Source of the DNA: Octopus sinensis
Lineage: Eukaryota
NCBI RefSeq assembly: GCF_006345805.1
Contig: NC_043000.1
Coordinates: 34,162,001-34,226,000, forward strand
Direction of reading: 5' to 3'
DNA length: 64,000 nucleotides
Below the pieces are notes generated by a model. The model was not told where the DNA came from. It ran no database searches and saw only the letters and a program-made list of their open reading frames with translations. Shown here piece after piece: positions 50,952 through 64,000 of this stretch. Every line of letters starts with the position of its first letter. Position 1 is the stretch's first letter. The position numbers and the translations under genes were made by a program.

Positions 50952-52074
50952 TGATAATGAGACTGTGTACGTATGTACATACGTGGGCGGTGATGTCCGA
51001 ATAGAGTGAGTGTATACTTTTGTACATTTAGTGATGCGAAGAGGAGTTAGGTGAAATTTAATCTATAGTTTAATCTATATGGAAGTGGAAAAACCCGGTT
51101 GGAGAATAATTGTTTATTCAAGGAGATGGGAAACCGTTGTGTTGGAATAATCTCCGAACTCAGAGAAGTGGCTTTAGGATGGACGCACAGCTTTTGTGGT
51201 ACCCTGAGTATTGCGATAAGTATCGAAAAAGTGCGAATAGAAGTGATCTTCGAAATGGTGACTGACATTTAAATTGACGTTCAAGACAATATTTCTAGAA
51301 TTACCTTGTCTTAAATTTGTTTCCTTTGTTCTGAAATTTACCTGCCACGACTGGAGAAGTAGGTATCCACCAGTAAAAACGACAGCAATAACTATTCCAT
51401 GCCATAATCGGTGGAGCATTTCACAAGTTTTGTTGTTGCTATTGTTTAACCCCAGGTCAACTCTGCATGTACACAAGCCCCAATAAAAACGTTCCAGCCG
51501 TGACCAATCCGTTTATTTTTAAGTCTATCTAAGACTACATTATGTAATGCATTATATGTTTAAGACGGCAAGGTTTGATGGAGATTTGGTATTATTACAA
51601 ACAAACAGAACAACCATATTGAGGCTACTATCTTCAGTCCCCAGTAAGTAGTAAGTACACATACACTGAAATTATAAATGGTTGGTGTGTTAGCAGTATT
51701 TCGTTTGGTTGCTATAACATAATATGAAACACATCGATAGATTTGTCTGTCGTCATTGTATATTACGACATTGTGTGTCTGTACAATATGTCTGCCCACA
51801 AACATACTGTGCAGACGTCTTGTTTTTCTTCGTTGTAGCACATAATGTTGCCTAATACATTTGTGGATATGTGCAATAATAATTTATGGCAATTTACTAT
51901 ACTGTTGTTGTTGTTGTTGTTGTGCCAGCAAGTTTAGAAGAACAATGAGTTCACAGATTTTATCTGATTTTTGTTTTGGGTGTCTATTGTAAATTTTCTG
52001 GAATTGGTTGCGTAGGCGGATGGGAAATAGGTGGGGAGATACCTTAAGTACTCACAGAACGAGAGTGCGAGGCA

Positions 52075-52134
52075 GACAGACAGACAGACAGACAGGCAGA
52101 TAGATAGACAGACAGACAGAAAGATAGATAGATT

Positions 52135-52212
<78 letters not shown>

Positions 52213-52279
52213 CAGATAGACAGACAAACAGATAGACAGACAGACATACATACAGAAAGATAGACTGATAGATAGATAA

Positions 52280-52344
<65 letters not shown>

Positions 52345-52436
52345 GGGACAGACAGATAGACAGACAAACAGATAGACAGACAGACAGACAGAAAGATAGA
52401 CTGATAGATAGATGGAAAGATAGATAGATAGATACT

Positions 52437-52516
<80 letters not shown>

Positions 52517-52520
52517 CACA
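52075..52520. repeat. (GATA)n/(GACA)n microsatellite
   Basis: Direct reading. Confidence 0.95.
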
Positions 52521-52631
52521 CAGACAAATAAATAGAGAGGGAGAGAGAGGGAGAGCAAGAGAGAGAGAGGGAGGCAGAGAAAAACAGAGACTGGAAGTGG
52601 GGAGAAGTGAGAAGGAGGAAGTAGAAAACGT

Positions 52632-52731
52632 NNNNNNNNNNNNNNNNNNNNNNNNNNNNNNNNNNNNNNNNNNNNNNNNNNNNNNNNNNNNNNNNNNNNN
52701 NNNNNNNNNNNNNNNNNNNNNNNNNNNNNNN
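52632..52731. other. Assembly gap (100 N)
   Basis: Run of N between microsatellite-rich flanks. Confidence 0.99.
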
Positions 52732-53010
52732 ACACACACACAGAGCAGATAGGCAAAGAGCAGAAATGCACAAATTGAAAATACGCACGCATCACACACA
52801 CACAATCCCACTATCGCACACAAACCATACACACCAATGAGGCAAAGCGCGTGCATCACACACACACGCACGCACACACAAACGCATACCCATACAATGA
52901 GGCAAAGCCACACACACACACCCATACACCGTACCCCTACAACCCACACACACACGTACCCCAACACCCACACACACACGTACCCCTACACCCACTGACG
53001 TCCTGTCCAC

Positions 53011-53158
53011 CTGAAAACAAAATTTGTTGATATGTCGGATCCGGTTACTTCGTCTGCAGTTGTTACAACGGGTGGCTTTGGGTACAAACAAACACCGACT
53101 TCCGTTACTTCTGACTGTATTTAGTGACTTGGGTAGATCGGTTGAATCGGGTGGGTTA
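53011..53158 (-). CDS. Candidate internal exon of an unidentified host gene
   Basis: Long pyrimidine tract ending TTTTTTGTCACCTTCTCTTTAG, then a stop-free frame NPPDSTDLPKSLNTVRSNGSRCLFVPKATRCNNCRRSNRIRHINKFCFQ. The donor site is ambiguous and no homology was recognised. Confidence 0.35.
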
Positions 53159-53645
53159 CTAAAGAGAAGGTGACAAAAAAAGGGGGTGTTGGAGGCGGTC
53201 GGTCGGGGGGAGGGGTTTTGTTAATAAACAACAAAGTCATTGCTGAAGTAAAAGTGTAAATAAACAAATAATGCCCAACGAGCTTTACCTATGCGTGGCG
53301 GTGGTGTGGTGGTGATGATGTGGCGGCGGTGATGTGGTGGACAGCATGCTGTGCCGTTCAGTCTTTATCTTATCAAACTCTTTCTAAAATGGACTAACAG
53401 CTGAAACCGAAAATAAGTGTACTGTCATTGGAGGAGTATAGCTACATACATACATGCATACATACATACATACCTACGTACATACATACACACGTACATA
53501 CATACATACATACATATATACATACATACGTCTTACGTACATACATACGTACATACATATAGATATATACATGCATACGTCATACATGTACATATATACA
53601 TACACACATAGTTATAGTGCATACATATCTGCATACATATATATA

Positions 53646-53683
<38 letters not shown>

Positions 53684-53895
53684 CACACCTTTATATATAC
53701 ACAATTTATATACATGCATTCATATATAATATATATATATACACAAACACACACATATATATATGTATATATATGTATGTCTATGTATATACATACACAC
53801 TTTCGTACATATATATACGCACATACATATATATAAGCGTGTGCGCTCGTGTGTGTATATATCTATATAAATACATGTTTTGTATGTGTATATAT

Positions 53896-53950
<55 letters not shown>

Positions 53951-54118
53951 ATATGTATATATATGTGTGTGTGTGTGTGTGGTGTGTGTGTGTGTAATAC
54001 ACATGCACCACATTAGGTGTATCTTTGGCGGGTCAAAACACATTCTCACATCAAGACTGCAAAACAAATACAAAACGTCCCACACCACCAGATATATGGA
54101 TGCCCGTGCGCACTTGTC

Positions 54119-54149
<31 letters not shown>

Positions 54150-54308
54150 GTGTGTGTGCGTCTACATATAGACGCACACACAGACATACACACACACACA
54201 CACACCGTAAACATTTGAATTTCATTCTGTATTCTCATTATTGTAATCTGAATGTTTATATACATAAGAGGCATGTATAGAAGCAACGTACATATTTGTG
54301 TTTGCACA

Positions 54309-54340
<32 letters not shown>

Positions 54341-54536
54341 TTCAGGCATTCACACACCTACCCGACTTGTATATATATATGTGTGCTTATGCAAGTATGT
54401 AAACGTGTGTGTATGTGACTGTGTGCGTGTGTGTGTGTGCATACATATTTGTGTGTATGCGTGTACATGGCTATATGCGTATACGTGCACATCTGTATAT
54501 GCGTGTATACATGTGTGTGTGTATATTTCTGCCTGC

Positions 54537-54587
<51 letters not shown>

Positions 54588-54670
54588 CATGTCGCTGCAT
54601 TCCTCTGCTTTGTCTCTCTCTCTATCTCTCTCTTTATATATATATATATATAGATATATATATATATATA

Positions 54671-54714
<44 letters not shown>

Positions 54715-54814
54715 GTGTATAGATAATATCTATATATATATATGTATATATGTATGTGTGTATATATATATCTATATATATATATTATATATATATATGT
54801 AATATGTATGTGTA

Positions 54815-54848
<34 letters not shown>

Positions 54849-55024
54849 TATATAGATATATATATATAATATATCTATATATATATATACATTATTGATA
54901 TAGATATATATATATATATACATATGTATATATAATATATATATGTATATATATAATATCATGTATATATATACTACATATACTACATAATATATTATAC
55001 ATACATACTATATATTAGACTATA

Positions 55025-55074
<50 letters not shown>

Positions 55075-55881
55075 TATACAGATACACACACACATATGTA
55101 TGTTTAACATACTAATATATGATGCATATATCATGTGTTTATATCTGTATATATATATATATATGTAACGACAAGCACCAGGGTATATATGTGCGCACAT
55201 TTAAGGTGGCCAACTAGTTTAGTATTATTTAAAACGTCGAACGGTTGGCTTCACGCTAATCGTTCCGGCTGCCAGTGCTTTATGTTGAATTCCACAGTCT
55301 CGGAGAGTTTTAACTTTCATCTTTTCGGATCGATAAATAAAGTAACAATCCTGTAATGCATTTTTCATTTCTCCTTATCTCACACTTTTTTATGAAACTC
55401 ACCCTTCCACTTGCCTTTTTGTTTCCTTTTTTTCCTTTTTTTCACCTTTTCTTCTGTTCCTCATCAAAGTTCGTTATATTCGTCAGCCCACGCCATCACC
55501 GTAATAGGAAACGTAAAATCGCATCGATGTGATTAATTTGTATGAGGTCAATATCTATAAATTCGGGGCCATCGACGACTAAGCCCGCAATCCCACGGAG
55601 CCCTGGTCTGTGAGGAGGAAGCTTTCCATTCTATTTGCTCATCTTGCAGGACGCAAAAAAATAGAAGCTACCAAAGGGCAGATGAGCCCGGGAGAGTCAA
55701 CGGCCATCCAAATAGTATTTCGTTATTAATATTGCTGCCAATGACGCCATTACCAGCTCATGATGACAATGTTGATGATGACGATGTTATTATTATTATT
55801 ATTATATATTATTATTATTATTATTATTATTATTTTATTATTAGATTATTTATTATTATTAGTAATAATATTATTATTATT

Positions 55882-55920
<39 letters not shown>

Positions 55921-55944
55921 ATTATTTATTATTATATTATTATT

Positions 55945-55998
55945 CAGTAGTTTTATTTTTATAGCGTGCTTTCACTTCACTACCGAGCACAGCTCTGT
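55945..55998 (-). mobile_element. 54-bp 3' tip of the Dong-like element within (TAA)n
   Basis: Reverse complement ACAGAGCTGTGCTCGGTAGTGAAGTGAAAGCACGCTATAAAAATAAAACTACTG is near-identical to about 24618-24672. Confidence 0.9.
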
Positions 55999-56041
55999 AG
56001 TGAATGAAAGCATTATTATTATATTATATTATTATTTATTA

Positions 56042-56077
<36 letters not shown>

Positions 56078-56163
56078 TATTATTATTATTATTATATTAT
56101 TATATATACTATTATTATTATTCTATTATATTTATACTATTACTATTATTACTAGTACTATTA

Positions 56164-56201
<38 letters not shown>

Positions 56202-56236
56202 TTTATTATTATTATTAATATTATTCCACACATTCC

Positions 56237-56300
56237 AAGGCGGTGCTCCAGCATGGCCGCAACCAAATGACTGAAACAAGTAAAAGAATAAAAGAATATA
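56237..56300 (+). mobile_element. SINE family A / partner-LINE 3' tip
   Basis: AAGGCGGTGCTCCAGCATGGCCGCAACCAAATGACTGAAACAAGTAAAAGAATAAAAGAA. Confidence 0.8.
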
Positions 56301-56614
56301 GTGTTGGAAAAGAAAAATTCCTAACATCGGACAACAACCACTAACCTTTGGTGGCAAGAACCTTCCGATGTATCCGAGCTCTCCCTAATAATGCTGTTAA
56401 ACCAGATTTTATACCCATTTCCTCTATCCATCTGTTCAAATCTTAATGCATAAGAACGACAGAGATACAGTTTACCAGCACTTTTCATAGATTCTGTATC
56501 TCAATGGCTATTTTCTCTGTACATCTCATACTGACTTTCTCATCATTTAGGATTGTAAAGTCAATTATCTGGCACTTTCTATTCTCTTTGTCTACTACTA
56601 CTACTACTACTACT

Positions 56615-56664
<50 letters not shown>

Positions 56665-56671
<7 letters not shown>

Positions 56672-57380
56672 GCCTTCTCTTGCTAGTCAGATAATCTTTC
56701 TTTTTTCTTCTTTTTTTTCCTGGTTTTAACTTCATTTGGCTTTTGGTTTCCCTGTCTCCTACTGTTACACTAGCAGCTCTAAATAAACCTTCACTATTAC
56801 CTATATAGGAGGTTTTATCTTCCCTATCTAACTCCAGGTACTCTTCTACGGATATTATATCTCTACCACTTTGCTTTCTAGGTGAGTATAATCTTGATAC
56901 TCCTGCTCTTGGGCGAAGTCCTCCATTCATATTAAATTCCTTCCAAATTCTGTTCAAATTTCATAATTAAGATTTTGTCCAATCTACAAACGCTGCCGAA
57001 TATCTAAGTAGTGATACTGCCCAAGTATTTACAGCCTTCACTAGACTCGGACCATTTAGCTTTGACTTCATTTGTTTCCTCACCCTTCTGATAGATTACT
57101 TCTCAATATTTGTTTTCATTTTTGTAATTAGTTCTCTGTCAGATTCTAATACTCCAAGATACTTATAACTCTCTCCCTCTTCCAGCGATTTTAATGTCTG
57201 GCCATCAGGTAATTGAATACCTTCGCTGCTGACTACCTTTTCCTTCCATGACTAATATTGCGCAATTATCTATGCCAAATTCCATACCTGCATCTTTGCT
57301 GAAGTTTCTTACAGTTTGTATTAAGGAAGCCATCTCCTTTTTATTCGAAGTAAATATCATCCGTGTAGAGCAAATGACTA
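56665..57380 (-). mobile_element. R4/Dong-family RT fragment starting at the YxDD motif
   Basis: KISHLLYTDD, GMEFGIDNCAIL.MEKGKVV..EGIQLPDG..K.LEEGESYKYLGVLE, KLNG..LVKAVNTWAVS.LRYSA, R..VSRLY.PRK..GR.IISVEE. Confidence 0.85.
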
Positions 57381-57750
57381 ATTTTCTTCAGGTCGAGTAT
57401 CCCATCCCGCCTAAAAGGTCCCTGAATAAGGTTTGTTTAAGAATGATGAGCAAAACACCCATGTTTCCAAAGGTGAATTATCCCAACCTTAAAGAATTCC
57501 TCTCAACACATGGCTATGATGCTCCCCCACTACTTCTGCTCGTGATCAGAGGTGCATATATCGTCAGCCACTAAGGGACATGCTCAACTGGTTAAGGTCA
57601 AACAACTGACAAGCAAATCTGTGGTATTGAGCAGTTTATTTGTTGTAGCCATCTTTTATACCAAGACAAAACAATGTATATGATAACCCTTCCAATCAGT
57701 TAAGATCAGAAGCCATGAGAGTCACTGCCTGGTACTGCATCAGAGCATTT
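57380..57750 (-). mobile_element. Partial copy of the 540-bp TAA-flanked element fused to Dong RT
   Basis: Aligns with about 39746-40117. Homology stops at AATTTTCTTC, where the RT coding sequence begins. Confidence 0.78.
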
Positions 57751-57790
57751 ATTATTATTATTATTATTATCATTATTATTATTATTATTA

Positions 57791-57824
<34 letters not shown>

Positions 57825-58915
57825 GTATTATTATTATTATTATTGTTATATTATTATTATATTATTATTATATATTATTATATTATTATATTATTATTAT
57901 TATTATTATTATCATTATTATCGTCATCATCATCATCGTCATCGTCGTCGTCGTCATCATCATCATCATCATTAACAAAAGATATTTCATAATTCAGGTC
58001 ATTAGATAGATTTCATTTAAAATCATTGCATTTTGATATTTATACATATGTGTGCGACTATATATGAATAATCAATAACCCACAGACATACACACGTACA
58101 CACATCTATACTCACTCGTGCAAACGCGTCACCGTGTATGCATAAACAGTAACCCACGTGCACAAATACATGCAGCTATACACGCACACACACAAACACA
58201 CAGACACACACACACAAACAGACACACACACACATATATATATATATGTATGCATACACATAGATCAGATATGGACATACATATGCGCACATAGATACAT
58301 AAACACACAGCTATACACACAATGAAACAATCCACCACGAGTCGTTTGATGTCATCAGATAGTACCCCATTTGAGAAGATCAGTATTTTTTTTAACCCCC
58401 GTACAAATTAATACTTGGTCCGTGAGATAGAATCTCCAGCAGTCGTTAAAACCATTTTCCTAATATAGGAATCGATCAGCTGGAACTCATACATATTTAT
58501 CAAGAATTTTATGTCTAGGAATACAAAAACAAGAAAACGAAAACAAGAACCCAAGAAACAAAGGAATTTTGAGACACGTGTAGTCATCATATAAATATAT
58601 GTATATAGTTATATATGCGAGGTAACTTGTCAGTAAGTCAGTCAGTTGAGGAACTGACGCAGGCGTGTATATGCTTGTATTCATAGATATTTGTGCTTCC
58701 AGTCCAAATAGACGTATGTTTAGTAACAGACAAATAGATAGAAAGTTCATATATATATATAAATTATATACGATATATATATATATAATATTATCATATA
58801 TATAGCCCAGTACATACATATATACGTATGTATGTGTATATATATATATATATATATCTATATATATATATGTATATATGTGGTGTATGTATATGTATGT
58901 AGGTATATATGTATG

Positions 58916-58946
<31 letters not shown>

Positions 58947-59604
58947 TGTGTGTGTGTGTGTGTGTTGTGTAGAAGTAAATGGGGGAATAGGCAAGTTAGA
59001 GAGATCAATATATAAAAATATATTGAATACATGAAACACGAAAAATGTATACATGTTTATATACAAAAAAAAAAGATCCGACTTACACAGAATACAAATG
59101 ACAGAGAACTAAAGGGGTTGGAGAAAGGTATTAGAAAACCAAAAGCTGTTTCCTGGGGCTCGGCGGTCCAAAATAATGTTTGTCGATTGATTCCATCGTA
59201 GGATGAGACGAGTTGTCGTCTTCAGGGAAAGAGAGTTTACATTATTGAGGTGATAAAGAAAAGAAGTTCAAAAATGGAAGTTCCGTCTTTGAAATGCTTT
59301 CCAACAATTCTTGGATTTGTAATACTTTTCTCCAACACCTTTAATTCTTTGTATCATTTGTAAGTCGGAGCTCTTTATATGTAAACATATAAACTTTTTT
59401 TTGTATTTCATGTATTTAATATACTTTATCTTGATCTGTCTAACTGCTTATCCTACATTTACTTTCATACTCGTTCAAGTTCAATCTCTTGAACACTTCT
59501 AAGTGATACTATACACAGAATATATGATTCTCATCTACGAACCATATATATTATATATATATATATAATATATATATATATAATATATAATATATATATA
59601 TATA

Positions 59605-59637
<33 letters not shown>

Positions 59638-59644
59638 AAGCTTG

Positions 59645-59906
<262 letters not shown>

Positions 59907-60009
59907 ATATATATATATATATATAAACAACAACAACAAAAGTTGTGTAAACAACAAACAGATGTATTAGTTTAACGCTCGGGAAGTGAGGAAGTTTTTA
60001 TATATAACA

Positions 60010-60390
60010 CTAGCAGTATCGCCCAGCGTTGCTCGGGTTTGTAAGGGAAATAACTATAAAGCATTTTTAGAGAGTTATAGCCAAAAAATAGCAAAAAGAT
60101 GGAAAAAAATGATGGTAAATTTTTTTTTAGTTAAAAAGGTCGAGTTGCGTCCCCTAGACAGTTTGCGGTTTGTGTTTCTGATTCTCGACCCCATGTCGAA
60201 TTTATCGATTTTTTTCAGAACTGGGGGAACTTTTCAAAATTTTCGCTGCGTTAGTTTTGAATTATGACATTGGGCTATGTGTGTGTCAAGTTTCATCAGA
60301 ATCGGTTGAAAGCCGTGGTCAGGGTGAGGGTACAAGAAAACAGACACGCAGAAACACGCACAGACAAACTGCCGTTTATATAGAGAGAGA
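60010..60390 (-). mobile_element. Non-autonomous Helitron
   Basis: A|TCTCTCTCTATATAAACGGCAG 5' end and CCCGAGCAACGCTGGGCGATACTG-CTAG|T 3' end, the same 3' terminus as 8102-9010. Confidence 0.85.
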
Positions 60391-60403
60391 TATAGATAGA
60401 AAC

Positions 60404-60434
<31 letters not shown>

Positions 60435-60839
60435 CTCTACTCCTTTACTTGTTTCAGTCATTTGACTGCGGCCATGCTGGAGCACCGCATATAGTCGAGC
60501 AAATCGACCCTAGGACTTATTCTTTGTAAGCCCGGTACTTATTCTATCGGTCTCTTTTGCCGAACCGCTAAGTTGCAGGGACATAAACACCCCAGCATCG
60601 GTTGTCAAGCGATGTTGGTGGGGACAAACACAGACACACAAACACACACATGCATATATATACATATGCATATATACGACGGGCTTCTTTCAGTTTCCGT
60701 CTACCAAATCCACTCACAAGGCTTTGGTCGGCCCGAGGCTATAGTAGAAGACACTTGCCCAAGGTGCCACGCAGTGGGAGTGAACCCGGAACCATGTGGT
60801 TGGTAAGTAAGCTACTTACCACACAGCCACTCCTGCGCC

Positions 60840-60842
<3 letters not shown>
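60435..60842 (-). mobile_element. SINE family A, full length
   Basis: Reverse complement of both the head and the tail. Confidence 0.9.
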
Positions 60843-60922
<80 letters not shown>

Positions 60923-60944
60923 GCATACATATATATATATGATC

Positions 60945-61172
60945 TAACATGTCAACTACTGGCAACGGCTGAAAAGGCTCGACTCCCACAGAACAAAGAC
61001 GGGGAAGATATGCAGTGATGTACATCTGGAAATTCCTGGAAAGAGTTGTACCAAAAGTTGGCATTGAAAATTGCACAGTGGAACGGGGCGCCACTTCATA
61101 GTCCCAATATCACCATCAACATACAGGACCAGATGCTGCAGCAACTTGGGTTTCAAGCACCCACAGCTCTTT
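60945..61172 (+). mobile_element. CR1-group LINE fragment (homologue of 62770-63020)
   Basis: YWQRLK.L..., RYAV.YIWK..E..VP..GIE..., LGFK.PQLF, aligned by eye. Confidence 0.7.
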
Positions 61173-61446
61173 AATATATATATATATATATTATATAGTG
61201 TATAGTTCTGCAAATCTTATTTTCTATGACGGTCACACTGAAGATTTGAGGATATTTACGTAACGGAAATGGTAACAATGGAACCTGGTAAGTGACTAAT
61301 CATTATATTTTGTATCTTTTCATTTGTCTTGCTTGCTTTACGTTCTGGCGTTTGCCGAATTTTTCTTGAGAACAATCTTCTTAGTGATCGGACCATTTGG
61401 GGTCTACATTTAGCACATTAGGAATCCACGTAGTGGTCATTCCCCT

Positions 61447-61478
<32 letters not shown>

Positions 61479-61526
61479 TGTATGTATGTATGTATGTATG
61501 TATGTATGTATGTATGTATGCAATGT

Positions 61527-61559
<33 letters not shown>

Positions 61560-61792
61560 GCATATTTGTATATATATGTATATATATATATGTATGTATA
61601 CACACACACACACACACCATATATATATAATACATATTATATACATATATATATATGAATTAGAGAAGAACCACCTTTTATCAATTGATAAAAGGTGGTT
61701 CGTCTCTAATTTATATACATATATTATATATTGTGAAATTTGATTTAGTATTACTAAATTGAATTTTCCCCTGCAAGTTTGGAATAATATTC

Positions 61793-61857
<65 letters not shown>

Positions 61858-62249
61858 TATAAGGCACAGTAAATATATAGATATATAAATACATAAAAGT
61901 ATGTAAGGAATAGATTGTACAGCTGGTAGAAATAAAAATGAAGAGGTGAGATATTAAGGTTGAAAAGGTATTTTAAAACTTAGAAGCTCTAAACTGAAAC
62001 GAAAATGTTCAGAAAAAATATTAAAAGGTAAAAAAATTGAAAAGAAATCAAAGGATTGAATTTGAACATCAATAATTCACTCTGAAATTAAAAATTAGAA
62101 ATTAAAAGTTACAATAGGGTAGCGAAAAAGCTCCCTCACTCCTACAAAACATTTAGAATTAAAAAAAAATTATATGTATTGAAACAAAAATTATAAATAG
62201 AATAAAAATAAAATACAAAATATAGATAAAAATATTCTTTTCTACTCTA

Positions 62250-62522
62250 GTTTATCGAACCCGAAAGGATGAAAAGCGGAATTTGAACCCAGAACGTAAA
62301 GACAGACGAAATACCTATTTCTTTACTACCCACAAGGAGCTAAACACAGAGAGGACAAACAAGGACAGACAAACGGATTAAGTCGATTATATCGACCCCA
62401 GTGCGTTACTGATACTTATTTAATCAACCCCGAAAGGATGAAAGGCAAAGTGGACCTCGGCGGAATGTGAACTCAGAACGTAGCGGCAGACGAAATACCG
62501 CTAAGCATTTCGCCCGGTGTGC
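62250..62522 (-). mobile_element. SINE family B, dimeric form
   Basis: Reverse complement matches 49550-49800. Confidence 0.85.
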
Positions 62523-62719
62523 CATCTTATCTTGGGTATCTACTCTTCCTTTTGTTTTGTTGTAACAAGTTTCTTTTCAGCACTTTTTGAATCAATTGAA
62601 GGCTGAGAGTGCATTGTACTCATAAGTGTGACAACATAATAAGATAGGATCATAGAATCCTTTTGAAATCCAAATATTCTGCTGTTGATTTCTCTTCCTT
62701 TTCCAATTATGAAAGCACG

Positions 62720-63250
62720 CCCATGTATGTATATATATCCAGAGAAGATTCACAAAGAAGATCGTCTCTTTGCAACGGCTCAGCTACTGGGAAAGGTTGA
62801 AACAGCTAAGACTCTACTCCTTGGAGAGAAGACGGGAGAGGTATGCAGTAATATATATCTGGTAGATCCTGGAAGGAATTGTGCCAAATTTTGGCATTGA
62901 AAGCTACACCAATGCCAGAACGGGACGACACTGTATAGTGCCAAAGATCCCAGCAATGCCATCACGCTTCAGGACCAGTTACTGCAACAGCCTGGGTTTC
63001 AAAGGCCCACAGCTTTTTAATATTCTCCCAAAGAGTCTGAGGAACTTGCACAAAGTAGATGTAGGGACTCTTCCTGTCGAGAGTCCCAGATGAACCTACC
63101 TCACGGCAAGAGGTGCAAATGAGAGTAGCTATGTCAAACTCCATTCTTCACCAAGTGCCACATATTAGAGGAGGCTCTTAGTAATAACAGTGTAGCAAAA
63201 CGGTGGTGCATCAGCATGGCCGCCGCTCTGAACTGAAACTAGAGAGAAAA
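62720..63250 (+). mobile_element. CR1-group LINE 3' end with its 3' UTR
   Basis: IQRRFTKKI..LSYWERLKQLRLYSLERRRERYAVIYIW.ILEGIVPN..NSLGFKGPQLFNILPKSLRNL..VPDEP..SNSILHQ, then a 3' UTR with GTGGTGCATCAGCATGGCCGC. Confidence 0.8.
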
Positions 63251-63284
63251 AAATATTGGACTGCTGAAACTTACACGTTTTTTT

Positions 63285-63420
63285 TTACTTCACTCTCTCA
63301 GTTTATTTCCTCTTACTCCTTTCTGTCGAAGAGCTTAAGCTCGAAACGTCAAACCAACACACTTACTTCTTGTTCCTACACCTGTCTTCGTCTTTTGTTT
63401 TTCTATAAATTTCAACTATA
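63285..63420 (+). mobile_element. Second copy of the 59645-59810 repeat, with an internal deletion
   Basis: CTGTCGA-A-GAGC-TTAA-GCTC-GAAA-CGTC-AAA at 63323-63353. Confidence 0.6.
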
Positions 63421-63430
63421 TATATATGTT

Positions 63431-63497
63431 AATATCAAGGGCTATTACTGTGCGTAGAAGCCACACGCTATTACGCACAGTAACAGCCCTTCATATT
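63431..63497. repeat. Inverted repeat with 26-bp arms
   Basis: AATATCAAGGGCTATTACTGTGCGTA-(15 nt)-TACGCACAGTAACAGCCCTTCATATT. Confidence 0.88.
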
Positions 63498-64000
63498 ATA
63501 ATGTATTTTATATATACCTTGTATTCATTTTATGCCTTAATTGGTTTGCACGCTGGTTACTCAATAAAATATTATATAGATTTTTATCCTTATATTTAAT
63601 ATATTATATTATATTATATTATATATATTAAGGGCATTACTACACGTAAATGCTTCACGATATGAGGGACTCTTAAACTCAAATCTACCATAATAAATAT
63701 ACAATGTACCGACAGCGAGGGAATGCAATTTGAAAGTCGCCTCTTAAAATCATATGATTTCATAGTTAGTGTACATAATCCACTTTCTAAGCGTCTGTGC
63801 AGGCATAATCAAGACAGATAAAAATGAACAACATTCAACATTCCAGACGAACACCTAATGCATCCAACACAGCACATAGAAATGTTTACACTTATATATC
63901 TATGTAAGAGGCTGGCATTTCGAATTGTATCTCGGTACACGTGTATATTCAGAGTAATTCAGGAATTAATATATTCCGGTTAAATTTTAAATTTTAAAAT

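Noticed and set aside
58339-58358. Minus-strand CTGATGA-CATC-AAACGACTC
   Set aside because: No stem II and no GAAA, so it cannot fold as a hammerhead.
59100-59520. Possible decayed Penelope GIY-YIG segment on the minus strand
   Set aside because: The resemblance is limited to a few residues interrupted by stops.

Overview
AT-rich eukaryotic genomic DNA, dense in microsatellites and repeats, with a 100-N assembly gap at 52632-52731. The SINE and LINE content looks like coleoid cephalopod (Octopus-type) DNA; this is an inference, not a database result. No intact host gene is recognisable. One candidate minus-strand exon lies near 53.0-53.2 kb, and most predicted ORFs are microsatellite artefacts. 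The window is a patchwork of three tRNA-derived SINE families, a roughly 4-kb Helitron cluster, RTE, CR1-group and Tx1-like LINE fragments, mariner and hATm-like DNA transposon relics, and a near full-length R4/Dong-type retrotransposon (RT + CCHC + restriction-like endonuclease) sitting in (TAA)n with several related fragments. The most notable signal is non-coding: at least six hammerhead-ribozyme-like folds belonging to several short Penelope-like repeat families, with different catalytic-core variants. They include a well-formed type I fold at 29951-30000 (minus strand) and a 361-bp tandem (retrozyme-like) unit carrying a compensatory U3-A8 core at 31072-31755. Snap-back palindromes at truncated repeat ends recur across the window. 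All coordinates and alignments were read by eye.
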